DNA of 64,000 nucleotides, taken from an uncultured Gemmatimonadales bacterium (GTDB lineage Bacteria; Gemmatimonadota; Gemmatimonadetes; Longimicrobiales; RSA9). The notes under the pieces were generated by a model, which saw only the letters and a program-made list of their open reading frames with translations, had not been told where the DNA came from and ran no database searches. The translations under genes and the position numbers were made by a program. The stretch is from NCBI GenBank assembly GCA_963798085.1, contig CAWCRS010000009.1:1-64000 (forward strand). The letters run 5' to 3'. Shown piece after piece: positions 41,257 through 51,001 of this stretch (its first letter is position 1; each line of letters begins with the position of its first letter).

Positions 41257-42457
41257 TAGACTGTTGGCGTTGGTCGCTCCGCTGTTGACGGCCGGCTGCG
41301 GCGATGCTGCGGCCGGCCGCGCGCACGGCACCGTGCGCGACAGCGCCGGCATCGCCATTGTCGAGAATCCCTCGCCCGATGACTCGGCCGCCAACACGTG
41401 GTGGTCGCTGGACGGCCCGCTCGTGGATATTGGCGGCGGCGGCAATGATGCGCACTCGCTATACCGCGTGACGGCTGCGCTGCGCCTCGCCGATGGACGG
41501 ATCGCAGTCGCCAACAACGGCTCCAGTGAGCTGCGCTACTTCACAAAGGACGGCGTGCCCGCCGGGATCGCGGGCCGTGCGGGCGAAGGGCCCGGCGAGT
41601 TCCGCTCGCTGACCGCCCTTGCGCACGACGGTGATTCGGTCCTGGTGTTCGACTTTTCGCTGCGCCGCCTTTCGGTCTATGCCGACACCGGCCGCTTCGT
41701 ACGATCGTTGCAGCTGGGCGCCGAATCGCCGGCCATTTTCATCGCTCGCCTGCCGGATGGATCGATCATCGGCTCGCCCTCGCTGACGGGTCCTGCCCCG
41801 CCCGGCAGTCTCCAGTCCGGCCTGATGCGACCGGATCAGCTTTTCGCGCGCTACACGGCGGATGGCCAGCGACTGGATTCGATTGGCCGGTTCCCGGGGC
41901 CGGAGCGGTTCGTTCAGGTGAACGGTGATGGTGGGCGCATTACGTCGATCAACATCTCAATGCCGCCGTTCGCGCGCATGGGCTTCTTCCTGGCGCAGGG
42001 CCCGAACCTGGTGGTGGCGCTCCAGGATAGTCCCGAGATCCGGATTTTCGGCGAGGACGGGAAGCTGCAACGCATCCTGCGCACGGGTCGCGCGCCGCAG
42101 GAGGTGACGCCGGCTCTGGTGCACGACTGGATCGAAAGCATGGTACGGGACCTGGCCCCGGACCAGCAGCAGCAGTTGCGCACGAGAAACGAGGGAATGC
42201 CCGTGCCCAAGGAAGTTCCCGCCTATGGAGAAGTCAGAGCCGATTCGGCAGGCCGGCTGTGGGTGGCGGACTACGCGCACTACCGCGAGACGGCGAAGTA
42301 CTGGACCGTCTACGACCGCGAGGGTCGGGTTCAGGCGAGGCTGTCGGTACCCGATCGGTTCCGGCCGCTGGACATCGGCAGGGACTGGGTGCTCGGGCTC
42401 GCCATGGATCAGGACAATGTCGAGCACGTTCAGTTGTTCACGATCGTGACCCGCTGA
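41237..42457 (+). CDS. 6-bladed beta-propeller lipoprotein
   Basis: Lipobox LTAGC, VRDSAGIAIVEN, GRAGEGPGEFR, DSAGRLWV; overlaps the M56 stop. Confidence 0.85.
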   Translation: MRRGAVSRLLALVAPLLTAGCGDAAAGRAHGTVRDSAGIAIVENPSPDDSAANTWWSLDGPLVDIGGGGNDAHSLYRVTAALRLADGRIAVANNGSSELRYFTKDGVPAGIAGRAGEGPGEFRSLTALAHDGDSVLVFDFSLRRLSVYADTGRFVRSLQLGAESPAIFIARLPDGSIIGSPSLTGPAPPGSLQSGLMRPDQLFARYTADGQRLDSIGRFPGPERFVQVNGDGGRITSINISMPPFARMGFFLAQGPNLVVALQDSPEIRIFGEDGKLQRILRTGRAPQEVTPALVHDWIESMVRDLAPDQQQQLRTRNEGMPVPKEVPAYGEVRADSAGRLWVADYAHYRETAKYWTVYDREGRVQARLSVPDRFRPLDIGRDWVLGLAMDQDNVEHVQLFTIVTR

Positions 42458-42561
42458 AACGTCGTCGCCTTCCATCCGTGCACTGCGGGCAACCCCTCCC
42501 TGATGGATCGGCATCGAAGGCAGCGAACCAGGATCAACGGACCACCGACCCGGGGCTCACA

Positions 42562-43857
42562 ATGAAATCCAGCATCAGGACCACGGCGTTGGCGCTGCTG
42601 TTGCCCGCCGTGTCCTTGGGGAGTGCGCGCACCGCGTACGCGCAGCAGGTCGTCAACAGCCCGAAGGAAGACAAACGGCTCACCGGCAGTGCGGCGACGC
42701 TCTTCTCGATCGGCAAGGAAGAAGGCGAGAGCTGGCAGGTTTACTCGTTCATTCCTGCTGTGACCTTCAATGCGACGGGCAACCTGTTCATACTGGACCG
42801 CGACAACGCGCGCGTGGTGGAGTTCGGTCCCGACGGGAAGTACGTGCGACAGTTCGGCAAGAAGGGGGAGGGCCCGGGCGAGTTCACGGCGCCGGTCGCC
42901 GTCGCCGCGCTGAGCGATGGCCGTCTCGCCGTGCGCGATGCGGCGCGAGGCACGATCAGCATCTTCGATGCGAATGGCACGTACAAGTCGCTCGTGCCGC
43001 AGGAGTCTGGCGTTCGACTCGGCGGCAATCTCACGGCGTATCCGCCGGGCGGATTGCTGGTGACGACCGGGGGCACCGTCATCGCCACGGGAGGCGGCCT
43101 CCCGACATTCCCGGATTCGACGCCCGTGGTCGTGGTGCCTACCGATGCCGGGAATGCGCCGGCGACAGGGAGCCAGGAGGTCCCGGCTGGCGCACTGAAG
43201 ACGCGAGTTCTTTTCCAGGCGCCCGCGTTCAAGCCGACCATCTCGCAATCGGGCAGTGGCGGCAGACAGCAATTGACCATGACCGGGCCGCCCGTGTTTT
43301 CGCCCAGTTTCACGTGGGCGCCGCTGCCGGACGGCCGCGTGGTTGCCAACTGGAGCGGTGACTACGACCTGCGGGTGGCCCGTGCCGAGGGTGGAATCGG
43401 CTGGATCTACCATCGGCCGATCAGTGCGCGGAAGACGACCGACGCGGACCGCGAGCTGGCGAAGTCGCAGCGCCGCGAAGCCATGGAAAACGGCACCACG
43501 AACAACATGCGCGTCCAGGTCGTGAACGGCAGGCAGACGACGAGCTTCGGTGGCAAGATCCCGCCGCAGCAGATCGAGCAGGCGCTCGCGGGCATGACCT
43601 TCGCCGAAACCGTACCCGTCGTGCGCCGACTCAGGACCGACCCGATGGGACGGATCTGGGTGGAGCGTGATGCCGGCTCGGGCAACAAGGACTACCCCAT
43701 CGATCTGCTGAACGCAAACGGCCAGTACCTGGGCACGGTCCGGGGCATGACGATGCCCGATGCGTTCGCGGCTGATGGCCGCGCCGCGTTCATCGAAACG
43801 GACGAGATGGGCGTGCAGCACGTTGTCGTGCGCCGCCTTCCGGACTGGCCGAAGTAG
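42562..43857 (+). CDS. 6-bladed beta-propeller secreted protein
   Basis: Signal peptide (AYA-QQ), FGKKGEGPGEF, DPMGRIWVER, DEMGVQHVVV. Confidence 0.85.
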   Translation: MKSSIRTTALALLLPAVSLGSARTAYAQQVVNSPKEDKRLTGSAATLFSIGKEEGESWQVYSFIPAVTFNATGNLFILDRDNARVVEFGPDGKYVRQFGKKGEGPGEFTAPVAVAALSDGRLAVRDAARGTISIFDANGTYKSLVPQESGVRLGGNLTAYPPGGLLVTTGGTVIATGGGLPTFPDSTPVVVVPTDAGNAPATGSQEVPAGALKTRVLFQAPAFKPTISQSGSGGRQQLTMTGPPVFSPSFTWAPLPDGRVVANWSGDYDLRVARAEGGIGWIYHRPISARKTTDADRELAKSQRREAMENGTTNNMRVQVVNGRQTTSFGGKIPPQQIEQALAGMTFAETVPVVRRLRTDPMGRIWVERDAGSGNKDYPIDLLNANGQYLGTVRGMTMPDAFAADGRAAFIETDEMGVQHVVVRRLPDWPK

Positions 43858-43876
43858 CGAAGCTCGTCGTGTTGAG

Positions 43877-43910
43877 TGCTCCGTCCCGGCCTCGGAGGGG
43901 ACGGAGCATT
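43877..43910 (+). terminator. Hairpin, probable terminator
   Basis: TGCTCCGTCCC...GGGACGGAGCA 11 bp stem; weak U tail. Confidence 0.55.
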
Positions 43911-44038
43911 GCACGGCACGTCTCCTGCCCCTAGTCTCTTCGAAGCCGCCGCACCATGCGCGGCTCGCGCGGCTGAACTTTCCCGACCTTCACACGGATG
44001 TCGGCCGGCGCTGGCCAGTACGCGTTCCGGGAGTGATC

Positions 44039-44872
44039 GTGCCCAACATCGCAGTATTTCATCCGCAGATCGTTCATTTCGTGGTTGCCGGTGTGATCCT
44101 CGGCGTCCTGTTTCGCCTGATCTCGATCACGGGCAAGCCAAAGTTCCTCAGCGTGAGCGCCAGCATCCTGATCATTCTCGGAACACTGGCCGCCGTCGCC
44201 GCCGTCAAGTCGGGCACGGATGCGCACGGCCCGGTCGAGCGCATTCCGGGCGCGCGCAACGCCGTCCAGCTGCACGAGGACGCGGGCCACACCGCGCGCA
44301 ATGTGCTGTTTGCCGTGGCCGCGCTCGAGCTGCTTGCGCTCGGCCTCATGAAGAAGGAAAGCGTCGCCAGACTGGTGCGCTTTGGCGCTGCCGCGGCCGG
44401 CATTGCGGGCGCCGTGTTCGTCTACATCGCGTCGGATCGCGGCGGCGACCTCGTGTACGAGTACGCGGGTGGCGTGGGCACGCGCTCCGGCAAGCCGCAG
44501 GATGTCACGAACCTGCTCATCGCCGGCCTCTACAACCAGGCTGCCCTGGCGAGAAAGGCCGGCCGTGGCGACGAGGCGGCCCGCCTGATGGAGGAAATGG
44601 CCAGGCAGGAGCCGGACAACCCGGACGTGCGGTACGCCCTGGCGCAATCCAAGCTGCAGGATGCGAAGGACCCGCGCGCCGCGCTCGATGCGCTCAATGC
44701 GCTCATGGTGAGTCCGGACAACCGGGGCATGGACATGCGCAAAGGCATGCTGGTGGCCCAGGCGTACGAGCAGATGGGCCAGCCCGACTCGGCACGCGAC
44801 GCACTCCGCGCCCTGCTGCAGCGCTACCCTGACAATGCCCGCCTGAAGGCGAGGCTCGACAGCATCAAATAG
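44039..44872 (+). CDS. DUF2231-like membrane protein with C-terminal TPR-like domain
   Basis: FHPQIVHFVV, HEDAG, GGDLVYEYAGGVG; helical tail EPDNPDVRYALA...LLQRYPDN. GTG start inferred. Confidence 0.8.
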   Translation: MPNIAVFHPQIVHFVVAGVILGVLFRLISITGKPKFLSVSASILIILGTLAAVAAVKSGTDAHGPVERIPGARNAVQLHEDAGHTARNVLFAVAALELLALGLMKKESVARLVRFGAAAAGIAGAVFVYIASDRGGDLVYEYAGGVGTRSGKPQDVTNLLIAGLYNQAALARKAGRGDEAARLMEEMARQEPDNPDVRYALAQSKLQDAKDPRAALDALNALMVSPDNRGMDMRKGMLVAQAYEQMGQPDSARDALRALLQRYPDNARLKARLDSIK

Positions 44873-44894
44873 TTCGCAACGAGCAAGGTCGATC

Positions 44895-44935
44895 CGGCCG
44901 GCGTCGCGTCAGTGTTCGCGGCGCCGGCCGTTTTT
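44895..44935 (+). terminator. Intrinsic terminator between convergent genes
   Basis: CGGCCGGCGTCGCG-loop-CGCGGCGCCGGCCG followed by TTTTT. Confidence 0.8.
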
Positions 44936-44955
44936 CATGCGGATGACGCCGGGGA

Positions 44956-46551
44956 TCAGCTGGCGGGCTGGCTGTGGCGCAACACGCGGCCGGGACGGGC
45001 AGGGCCAAACTTGCCGTTATCCACCACCGGCACGCCGTTCACCAGCACGAAGGGAATGCCTTCCGGATACTGGTGCGGTTCCTCGTAGGTGGCCTTGTCG
45101 AGGATGGTGTTCGGATCGAATACGACGATGTCCGCCCACGCTCCCGTCGCGATGCGGCCACGGTCCGCGAGTCCCAGACGGCCGGCCGGCAGCGACGTCA
45201 TCTTGCGCACCGCGTCTTCCAGCGTGAGCACGTGGCGCTCGCGCACGTAGCGTGCGAGCACACGCGGAAACGTGCCGTACCAGCGCGGGTGCGGGCTGCC
45301 TTCGCCGGGCTGCACCAGCCGGCCATCCGAAGCAATCGCCGTGAGCGGATAGCGCATGATGCGCTCGACATCGCCTTCGTCCATCACATGGTAAATGGCA
45401 TTGCCGCCGCCCCGTCGCATGGCTTCGATGACCAGCGCCGCGCCCACCTCCGGTGTGGCCTCCCGGCCTTCGCGACGCGCCCAGTCCGCCAGCGTCTTCC
45501 CCTCGAGGGACGGGTCCCACGGCACACGCGCCAGCTGCACGCGCGAAATGTCACCACCGCCGCGGTCGTTCTCGATGTTCCACACGATGCCGGCCATGAT
45601 GCTGTCGCGCAGCACCGGGGAATCGAGACGTTTGCGGAATGCGGCATTGCCACCCGCCAGTGCCCATGTGGGGACGAGCACACTGATGCCCGTGTACGAC
45701 GCCGTGTAGGGATACTGGTCCGCCATTACATCAATGCCTGCGGCGCGCGCGCTGTCGATCATGGCGAGCGTGCGCTTCGAGGCGCCCCACATCGGTTTGC
45801 CGATCACCTTGTGGTGCGTGAGCACGACCGGAATGTGCGCCTGCCTGCCGATCTCGATCGCTTCGGCAACACCTTCGATGAGGTGCATGCCTTCATCGCG
45901 CAGATGCGATGTGTAAATGCCACCGTGCGCAGCGGCGACCGCAGCCAGCGCAATGACCTCGTCGGTCTTTGCGAACGTGCCGGGCAGGTAACGCAGCCCG
46001 GTCGACAAGCCGAATGCGCCATCGGCCATGCCGCCCGCTACCAGCGCCTTCATACGTTCCAGCTCGCTTGCGGTGGGCGCGCGGTTGTCGAGTCCCATGA
46101 CGCTTTCGCGAATGCTGTTGTGGCCGATCAGGAAGGCCACGTTCATGCCCAGACCCGCGGCCTGCGCGGAATCGAGATAGGGCGCGAGCGGCAGCGGCGA
46201 GGTGCCGTCGGGCCCGCCCAGCGCGGTGGTCACGCCCTGGCGCACGTGGCTCTCGGCGCCCGGCAGACGCAGCAGCGGGTCGAGGTGCGCGTGCAGATCA
46301 ATGAAGCCGGGGGCCACCACCTTGCCCCGCGCATCAATGATGCGCTGCGCGCTGTCACGGGACAGGTCTGGCGCCACAGCGATAATGCGGCCGTCGCGGA
46401 TGCCCACATCGGAGAGTCGCCCGGGAGTGCCCGTACCATCCACCACCGTGCCTCCGGCAATGAGCACGTCGTAGCGCGCCGCCGGTCCGCCGCCGCGACA
46501 ACCGACGACGGGAAGAGCGAGCAGCAGGCCGCAGCGGAGCCATGCACGCAT
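44956..46551 (-). CDS. N-acyl-D-amino-acid deacylase (D-aminoacylase) family amidohydrolase
   Basis: VAPGFIDLHAH, QGVTT, GLSTGLRYLPG, SHLRDEG, DQYPYTAS, HPRWYGTFPRVL, AVRKMTSLPA; possible lipobox VVGC. Confidence 0.92.
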   Translation of the reverse strand: MRAWLRCGLLLALPVVGCRGGGPAARYDVLIAGGTVVDGTGTPGRLSDVGIRDGRIIAVAPDLSRDSAQRIIDARGKVVAPGFIDLHAHLDPLLRLPGAESHVRQGVTTALGGPDGTSPLPLAPYLDSAQAAGLGMNVAFLIGHNSIRESVMGLDNRAPTASELERMKALVAGGMADGAFGLSTGLRYLPGTFAKTDEVIALAAVAAAHGGIYTSHLRDEGMHLIEGVAEAIEIGRQAHIPVVLTHHKVIGKPMWGASKRTLAMIDSARAAGIDVMADQYPYTASYTGISVLVPTWALAGGNAAFRKRLDSPVLRDSIMAGIVWNIENDRGGGDISRVQLARVPWDPSLEGKTLADWARREGREATPEVGAALVIEAMRRGGGNAIYHVMDEGDVERIMRYPLTAIASDGRLVQPGEGSPHPRWYGTFPRVLARYVRERHVLTLEDAVRKMTSLPAGRLGLADRGRIATGAWADIVVFDPNTILDKATYEEPHQYPEGIPFVLVNGVPVVDNGKFGPARPGRVLRHSQPAS

Positions 46552-46717
46552 CGGGTCGTTCCTGTAAGGGGATGTTGGCGTGGAACCGACACGATGCGCC
46601 CGGCAGTGGCGGGGAGCAACCTCGAGCCATGGGCGCAATCCTGCGCCGTACGGTTCAGGCGACGATGTTCCGTCTGCCTCTTGCGCGCGCCGCTGTGCGC
46701 GTCGCACGCTCCTGCGC

Positions 46718-47761
46718 ATGGAGAAGCAAGTCTCGGTGGCAGTGGCCCAGGTGGCGCCCGTTGCGCTGGACCGCGGCGCCACCACGGAGCGCGTGACGCA
46801 GTGGATCGGCGAAGCCGGGCGCCAGGGCGCGCAGCTCGTGCTGTTTCCCGAAGCCCTGATCCCCGGTTATCCGCGCGGCCTGATTTTCGGCACCCTCGTG
46901 GGTCAGCGCAGCGGCGAGGGTCGAAGCCAGTTCGCGCGCTACTTCGAGCAGTCCGTCCGCGTGCCCGGCCCGGAGACGGTCGCCATCGGCGAAGCCGCGC
47001 GCCGGGCCGGCTGCTGGGTGGCGGTGGGCGTGGTGGAGCGCGCCACCGAGCGCGCCGGCACACTCTACTGCACGCTCCTGTACTTCGCGCCCGACGGCAC
47101 CCTCGCCGGCCGTCATCGCAAGCTCAAGCCCACGGCGGCGGAGCGGCTGATCTGGGGTGAAGGCGATGGCAGCACGCTGACCGCACTTGACACGCCGTTT
47201 GGCGTGATCGGCGGACTCATCTGCTGGGAAAACCTCATGCCGCTCGCGCGCATGGCCATGTACGCGAAGGGCATTGACATCTGGCTGGCGCCGACGGCGG
47301 ACGCGCGCGATTCCTGGCAGGCCACCATCCGTCACATCGCCTGCGAGATGCGCGGCTTCGTGCTCTCCAGCAACCAGTACGTGACGCGCGCCATGCTGCC
47401 CGCGGCGTGGGCCGCGGCCGAGGGACCGGACCCGCTGTGCCGCGGTGGCAGCGCCATCATAGGGCCGCTGGGCGACTACCTGGCCGGCCCGCTCTGGGAT
47501 GCGGAGGGACTGCTCACCGCCACGCTCGACACGGAGCAGATCGCCGGCGCGCGCTTCGACTTCAATGTCACCGGCCACTACGCGCGCCCCGACGTTTTCA
47601 CCCTGCGCGTCAATGAACAACCGGCTGTTAGTGTGCAGCCGGAAGTGCAACGGGAAGTGGCGGCGGGTGCAGCAGGCGACGACGCAGCGTCGCCTGCAGT
47701 GCGTGAATCAGCGGGACCGTCCGCCGCGCCGGAACGCGCCGCGACCCGGCGCGCGATCTGA
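46718..47761 (+). CDS. Nitrilase (carbon-nitrogen hydrolase family)
   Basis: Catalytic triad motifs FPEALIPGYP, HRKLKPTAAERLIWG, ICWEN; GHYARPDVF. Confidence 0.92.
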   Translation: MEKQVSVAVAQVAPVALDRGATTERVTQWIGEAGRQGAQLVLFPEALIPGYPRGLIFGTLVGQRSGEGRSQFARYFEQSVRVPGPETVAIGEAARRAGCWVAVGVVERATERAGTLYCTLLYFAPDGTLAGRHRKLKPTAAERLIWGEGDGSTLTALDTPFGVIGGLICWENLMPLARMAMYAKGIDIWLAPTADARDSWQATIRHIACEMRGFVLSSNQYVTRAMLPAAWAAAEGPDPLCRGGSAIIGPLGDYLAGPLWDAEGLLTATLDTEQIAGARFDFNVTGHYARPDVFTLRVNEQPAVSVQPEVQREVAAGAAGDDAASPAVRESAGPSAAPERAATRRAI

Positions 47762-47767
47762 GCCGCG

Positions 47768-48814
47768 TCAGTCGAGCCAGCGCGCCAGGTCGCGCGCGCC
47801 GAACAGGCCCGGTGCGCCGCCCGTGTGCAGGAACAGCACGGTATCAGCCGCGTTGATGCGCCCCTGCCGGATGTGGTCAATGAGGCCGGCCATGCCCTTC
47901 GCCGTGTAGACCGGATCGAGCATCACGCCTTCCGTCCGTGCCACCAGCCGTATCGCATCCATGCAGGCGGCCGTGGGAATGGCGTAGCCGTCGCCGTAGT
48001 AGTCCTGGTCTGTGAGCAGCTCGTCCGGCGAGAGTGCGGCGTCGACACCGAGACGCGCGGCCGCCTCGGCCGCGATGCGCACGGCTCGCTCGCGTTTCTC
48101 GGCTTCGCCGCCACTCACGGCTATGCCCACGCAGCGCCAGCCCGCCGCGAACAAGCGCGTACCCAGCTCGAGGCCGGCCTGCGTGCCCCGCGAACCGCTG
48201 GCGTAGTACAGGTGGCTCGGCGAACAGCCCAGTTCGCGGAGCTGGGCGACCGTCTCGCGCACCGCGTCCACATACCCCAGCGCACCCGTGCCCGAGGAGC
48301 CGCCCAGCGCAATGACCAGCGGGCGCTCGCCCGCCGCCGTCAGTTCCTCGACGGCCTGCGAGATGCGCGCGCCCTCGCGTTCCGTGGCCGTCTTGTCGCT
48401 GCCGCCCTCGATCACGTGTACGGTGGCGCCCAGCAGGCGGTCGAGCAGCAGGTTGCCGCGCGGGTCCGCCATTCCATCCTCGGCGCTGGTCGACAGCACC
48501 AGCACGGAACGCATGCCGGCCTGCGCCGCGGCCGCCGCGGTCATGCGAGCGTGATTGGACTGCAGATCGCCCGACGTGATCAACACGGTGGCGCGCTGTT
48601 CCAGCGCTTCGCCAACCAGAAACTCGAGCTTTCTTGCCTTGTTGCCGCCCAGCACGAGATCCGTGAGATCGTCGCGCTTCAGCAGTATGCGCGGGCAGCG
48701 CCGCTCGCCGCCCAGTGCGGCTCGCAGCCGCGGCGCCTCGTGCAGCGGCGTGGGCAGGCGCGCCAGGCGGAAGCGGCGCACGGTCTCGAGCGTCTTCATG
48801 GCCGTCTTTTGCAT
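47768..48814 (-). CDS. D-cysteine desulfhydrase-like PLP enzyme (ACC deaminase family)
   Basis: KRDDLT, GGNKARKLEF, QSNHAR, GSRGTQAG, LDPVYTAK, FLHTGG. Confidence 0.9.
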   Translation of the reverse strand: MQKTAMKTLETVRRFRLARLPTPLHEAPRLRAALGGERRCPRILLKRDDLTDLVLGGNKARKLEFLVGEALEQRATVLITSGDLQSNHARMTAAAAAQAGMRSVLVLSTSAEDGMADPRGNLLLDRLLGATVHVIEGGSDKTATEREGARISQAVEELTAAGERPLVIALGGSSGTGALGYVDAVRETVAQLRELGCSPSHLYYASGSRGTQAGLELGTRLFAAGWRCVGIAVSGGEAEKRERAVRIAAEAAARLGVDAALSPDELLTDQDYYGDGYAIPTAACMDAIRLVARTEGVMLDPVYTAKGMAGLIDHIRQGRINAADTVLFLHTGGAPGLFGARDLARWLD

Positions 48815-48824
48815 CGGTCCGTTC

Positions 48825-49424
48825 TCAGAGCTGGAATTCGACGAGTTTGAAATCCGCGTGGCCCATGCGGCCGAGCTGTTCGAGTGTGCTGGCGAAAAGA
48901 CCAACAATGGCATCGAGCTGCGCCGGATCCTTCATCGCACCATTCACGAAATAGCGCAGCTCGCAGACGCGCTTCTGCTTCACTCCCCGTTTGCGAAACG
49001 GCAGGATGGCAAGTCGCCCGCGCTTCACGGTGCCGAGTCCTCTGGCCACGGCTGGCAGTTGCATGATCGACTGCACCCGCCCTTCGCTGTTGCTCTTCAC
49101 AATCCAGTCGCGGTCGACCCCCGGATGGCCCACGCGGATCGCCTGCATCCCGAGGAAAATGGCGAGTGCGCTGAACGGGCCGCGCGGGTATGCGCGAAAC
49201 CGGAAATCGTCACGCGCGCGATAGAGCGCACGCAGGCGGGTGTACGTGTGCTGTGTCTCACCCGAAGACTGCTGGTACAGGTCGAGCACCGCGGTGACAC
49301 CGCTCATGGGGATGCGCAGCCCCACAACCTTGTTCCTGCGCCGTACCACGGTCGCGTTCCAGCGGGCCGCCAGTTGCAACCACTGCTCTTCGCGGTCGAA
49401 GCGTGGCTTTCTCGTGCGTGGCAT
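48825..49424 (-). CDS. Hypothetical protein
   Basis: Protein-like 199 aa ORF tightly packed between co-oriented genes (HTYTRLRALY, GMQAIRVGHPGVDRDWIVKSN). Confidence 0.7.
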   Translation of the reverse strand: MPRTRKPRFDREEQWLQLAARWNATVVRRRNKVVGLRIPMSGVTAVLDLYQQSSGETQHTYTRLRALYRARDDFRFRAYPRGPFSALAIFLGMQAIRVGHPGVDRDWIVKSNSEGRVQSIMQLPAVARGLGTVKRGRLAILPFRKRGVKQKRVCELRYFVNGAMKDPAQLDAIVGLFASTLEQLGRMGHADFKLVEFQL

Positions 49425-49442
49425 CGATCCGTTAATGTCGGG

Positions 49443-50405
49443 TCAGGCGAGCACGACGCCCGCTACAATGGTGCCCACGAGTGCAATCGCCAGCAGCGCC
49501 GGATAGATCAGGGAAAGCCCACCGGTCTTGAGCGCGGTCAGCCACCAGCGCTGGCCGTACACGCGGTGCAGGGCGAGGGGAAGATACAGCAGCAGCCAGA
49601 ACAGCAGCAGTACCCGCAGGAATGGCCCCGCAAACAGGTTCGCGGTGAAGAGCAGGAAGGCAAAGGCGTGCAGGTGCAGCGCGAACACGAAGTGTTCCAC
49701 GTAGTAGCGATGTGCGCGGAAGTAGAAGAGTGTGAGCAACAGTGCGAACACGGGCAGCAGCACGAACATCGCGGTCGGCGCGCGCTGCAGCAGGCCGGCC
49801 AGCAGCTGCCGTCCAGCCTGGGCGGGCGTGAGACCCCTCATGCGGCGCACGCGCACGAGGAAGAGACTGTCCAGGCGAGGAATCCCGGTGTCGATCATGA
49901 CTTCGCGTGTCCAGTCACCATGGAAGTCACTCGCCAGTGCCTCGGGTGCGATCCAGATGCCGAAGCGTCTTGACCGTCCCGCCCGCCCGGCGGCAGCGGC
50001 GAGCGACTCGCTGGCTGCCTCCGCGCGCAGGCTGTCCGCCGCGGCGGCAATCTCCGCACCGATCGACTCGAGACTGCGCGAGCGACGGACGTGCGTGACC
50101 AGGGAAAGGGTAAGGAAGAAGACGAGGCTGGCTGCGAGATAGAGGCGGAATGGCGCGACATAGGAGGCAATGCGCCCGCTCACGTACTCGTTCGTCAGAT
50201 GACCGGGCCGCAACAACAGCGCGCGCACCGTACGCGGCAACGTCGCATTGATCGAAAGCTGATCCTCCAGCACGTCGGCCAGCAGCGAGCGCATGGAGAC
50301 CCGCACATTGCCTTTGCGCTGTCCGCAGTGCGGGCAGAAGCGGCCCGGACTGGTGTCGCCGCAGTTGCGGCAGGGTTCGCGGCTCCAGTCGGCGCGAGCA
50401 GCCAC
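49443..50405 (-). CDS. DUF3667-like membrane protein with N-terminal zinc ribbon
   Basis: CRNCG...GRFCPHCGQ, LLLRPGHLTNEYVSGRIASYVAPFRLYL, YYVEHFVFALHLHAF. Confidence 0.85.
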   Translation of the reverse strand: MAARADWSREPCRNCGDTSPGRFCPHCGQRKGNVRVSMRSLLADVLEDQLSINATLPRTVRALLLRPGHLTNEYVSGRIASYVAPFRLYLAASLVFFLTLSLVTHVRRSRSLESIGAEIAAAADSLRAEAASESLAAAAGRAGRSRRFGIWIAPEALASDFHGDWTREVMIDTGIPRLDSLFLVRVRRMRGLTPAQAGRQLLAGLLQRAPTAMFVLLPVFALLLTLFYFRAHRYYVEHFVFALHLHAFAFLLFTANLFAGPFLRVLLLFWLLLYLPLALHRVYGQRWWLTALKTGGLSLIYPALLAIALVGTIVAGVVLA

Positions 50406-51001
50406 CAGCAGACGGGTCAGCCCGGGCAGGCTGCGGGCAGGTCCGCAACCACGGAACCACCGCTGCCCCCGAGCAAGGGACGGGCGTCCGGCTCAAGCCT
50501 GTCGTTGTGATCGCCCGATCTGCTCCGCACTGACGTCGAAATGCAGCTCAGCCGCGTGGCGCGCCCCGGCCGACCGCCCGGGCCCACGAACCGGGTCGGA
50601 GGCCGCCGTCCGTGCGGTCCACCCCGCCGGCCGGGTGGCGGGCGGCAGGTCCCGGACAGGCTTGGGGAGCGTCGGGCCGGGCGCGGCCGTGATCCTGTCA
50701 CCAGCCTGGACCCGCGATCCCAAGCACTTGCAAAGCAACAGCCTGCGACACGTGCGCGCCGGTGGGCAGACCTGTGTCGTCGCTTTCGACAAGCGCATGC
50801 GCATCCCGTTACTGGAGGGGATTCCTGTACGGCGTCACGAGCGCCGATCCTTGGAACATGCGGCCCGCGCGGCGCGCCGCAACCAAGCCCCCTGGCCCCC
50901 CGCCTGTGCAAATCGTCCGCTGCCGGTCGTCGATCCTGGCAGGAGGCGGCAGCTTGTACACGTTGTGTCCGTTGGTGGCACGAACAACGAAGGAGTTCGC
51001 G

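Noticed and set aside
44974..47160. 728 aa plus-strand ORF
   Set aside because: Antisense of the D-aminoacylase and out of frame with the nitrilase.
47768..48814. ACC deaminase (acdS) call
   Set aside because: Diagnostic Glu and Leu positions are both Thr.
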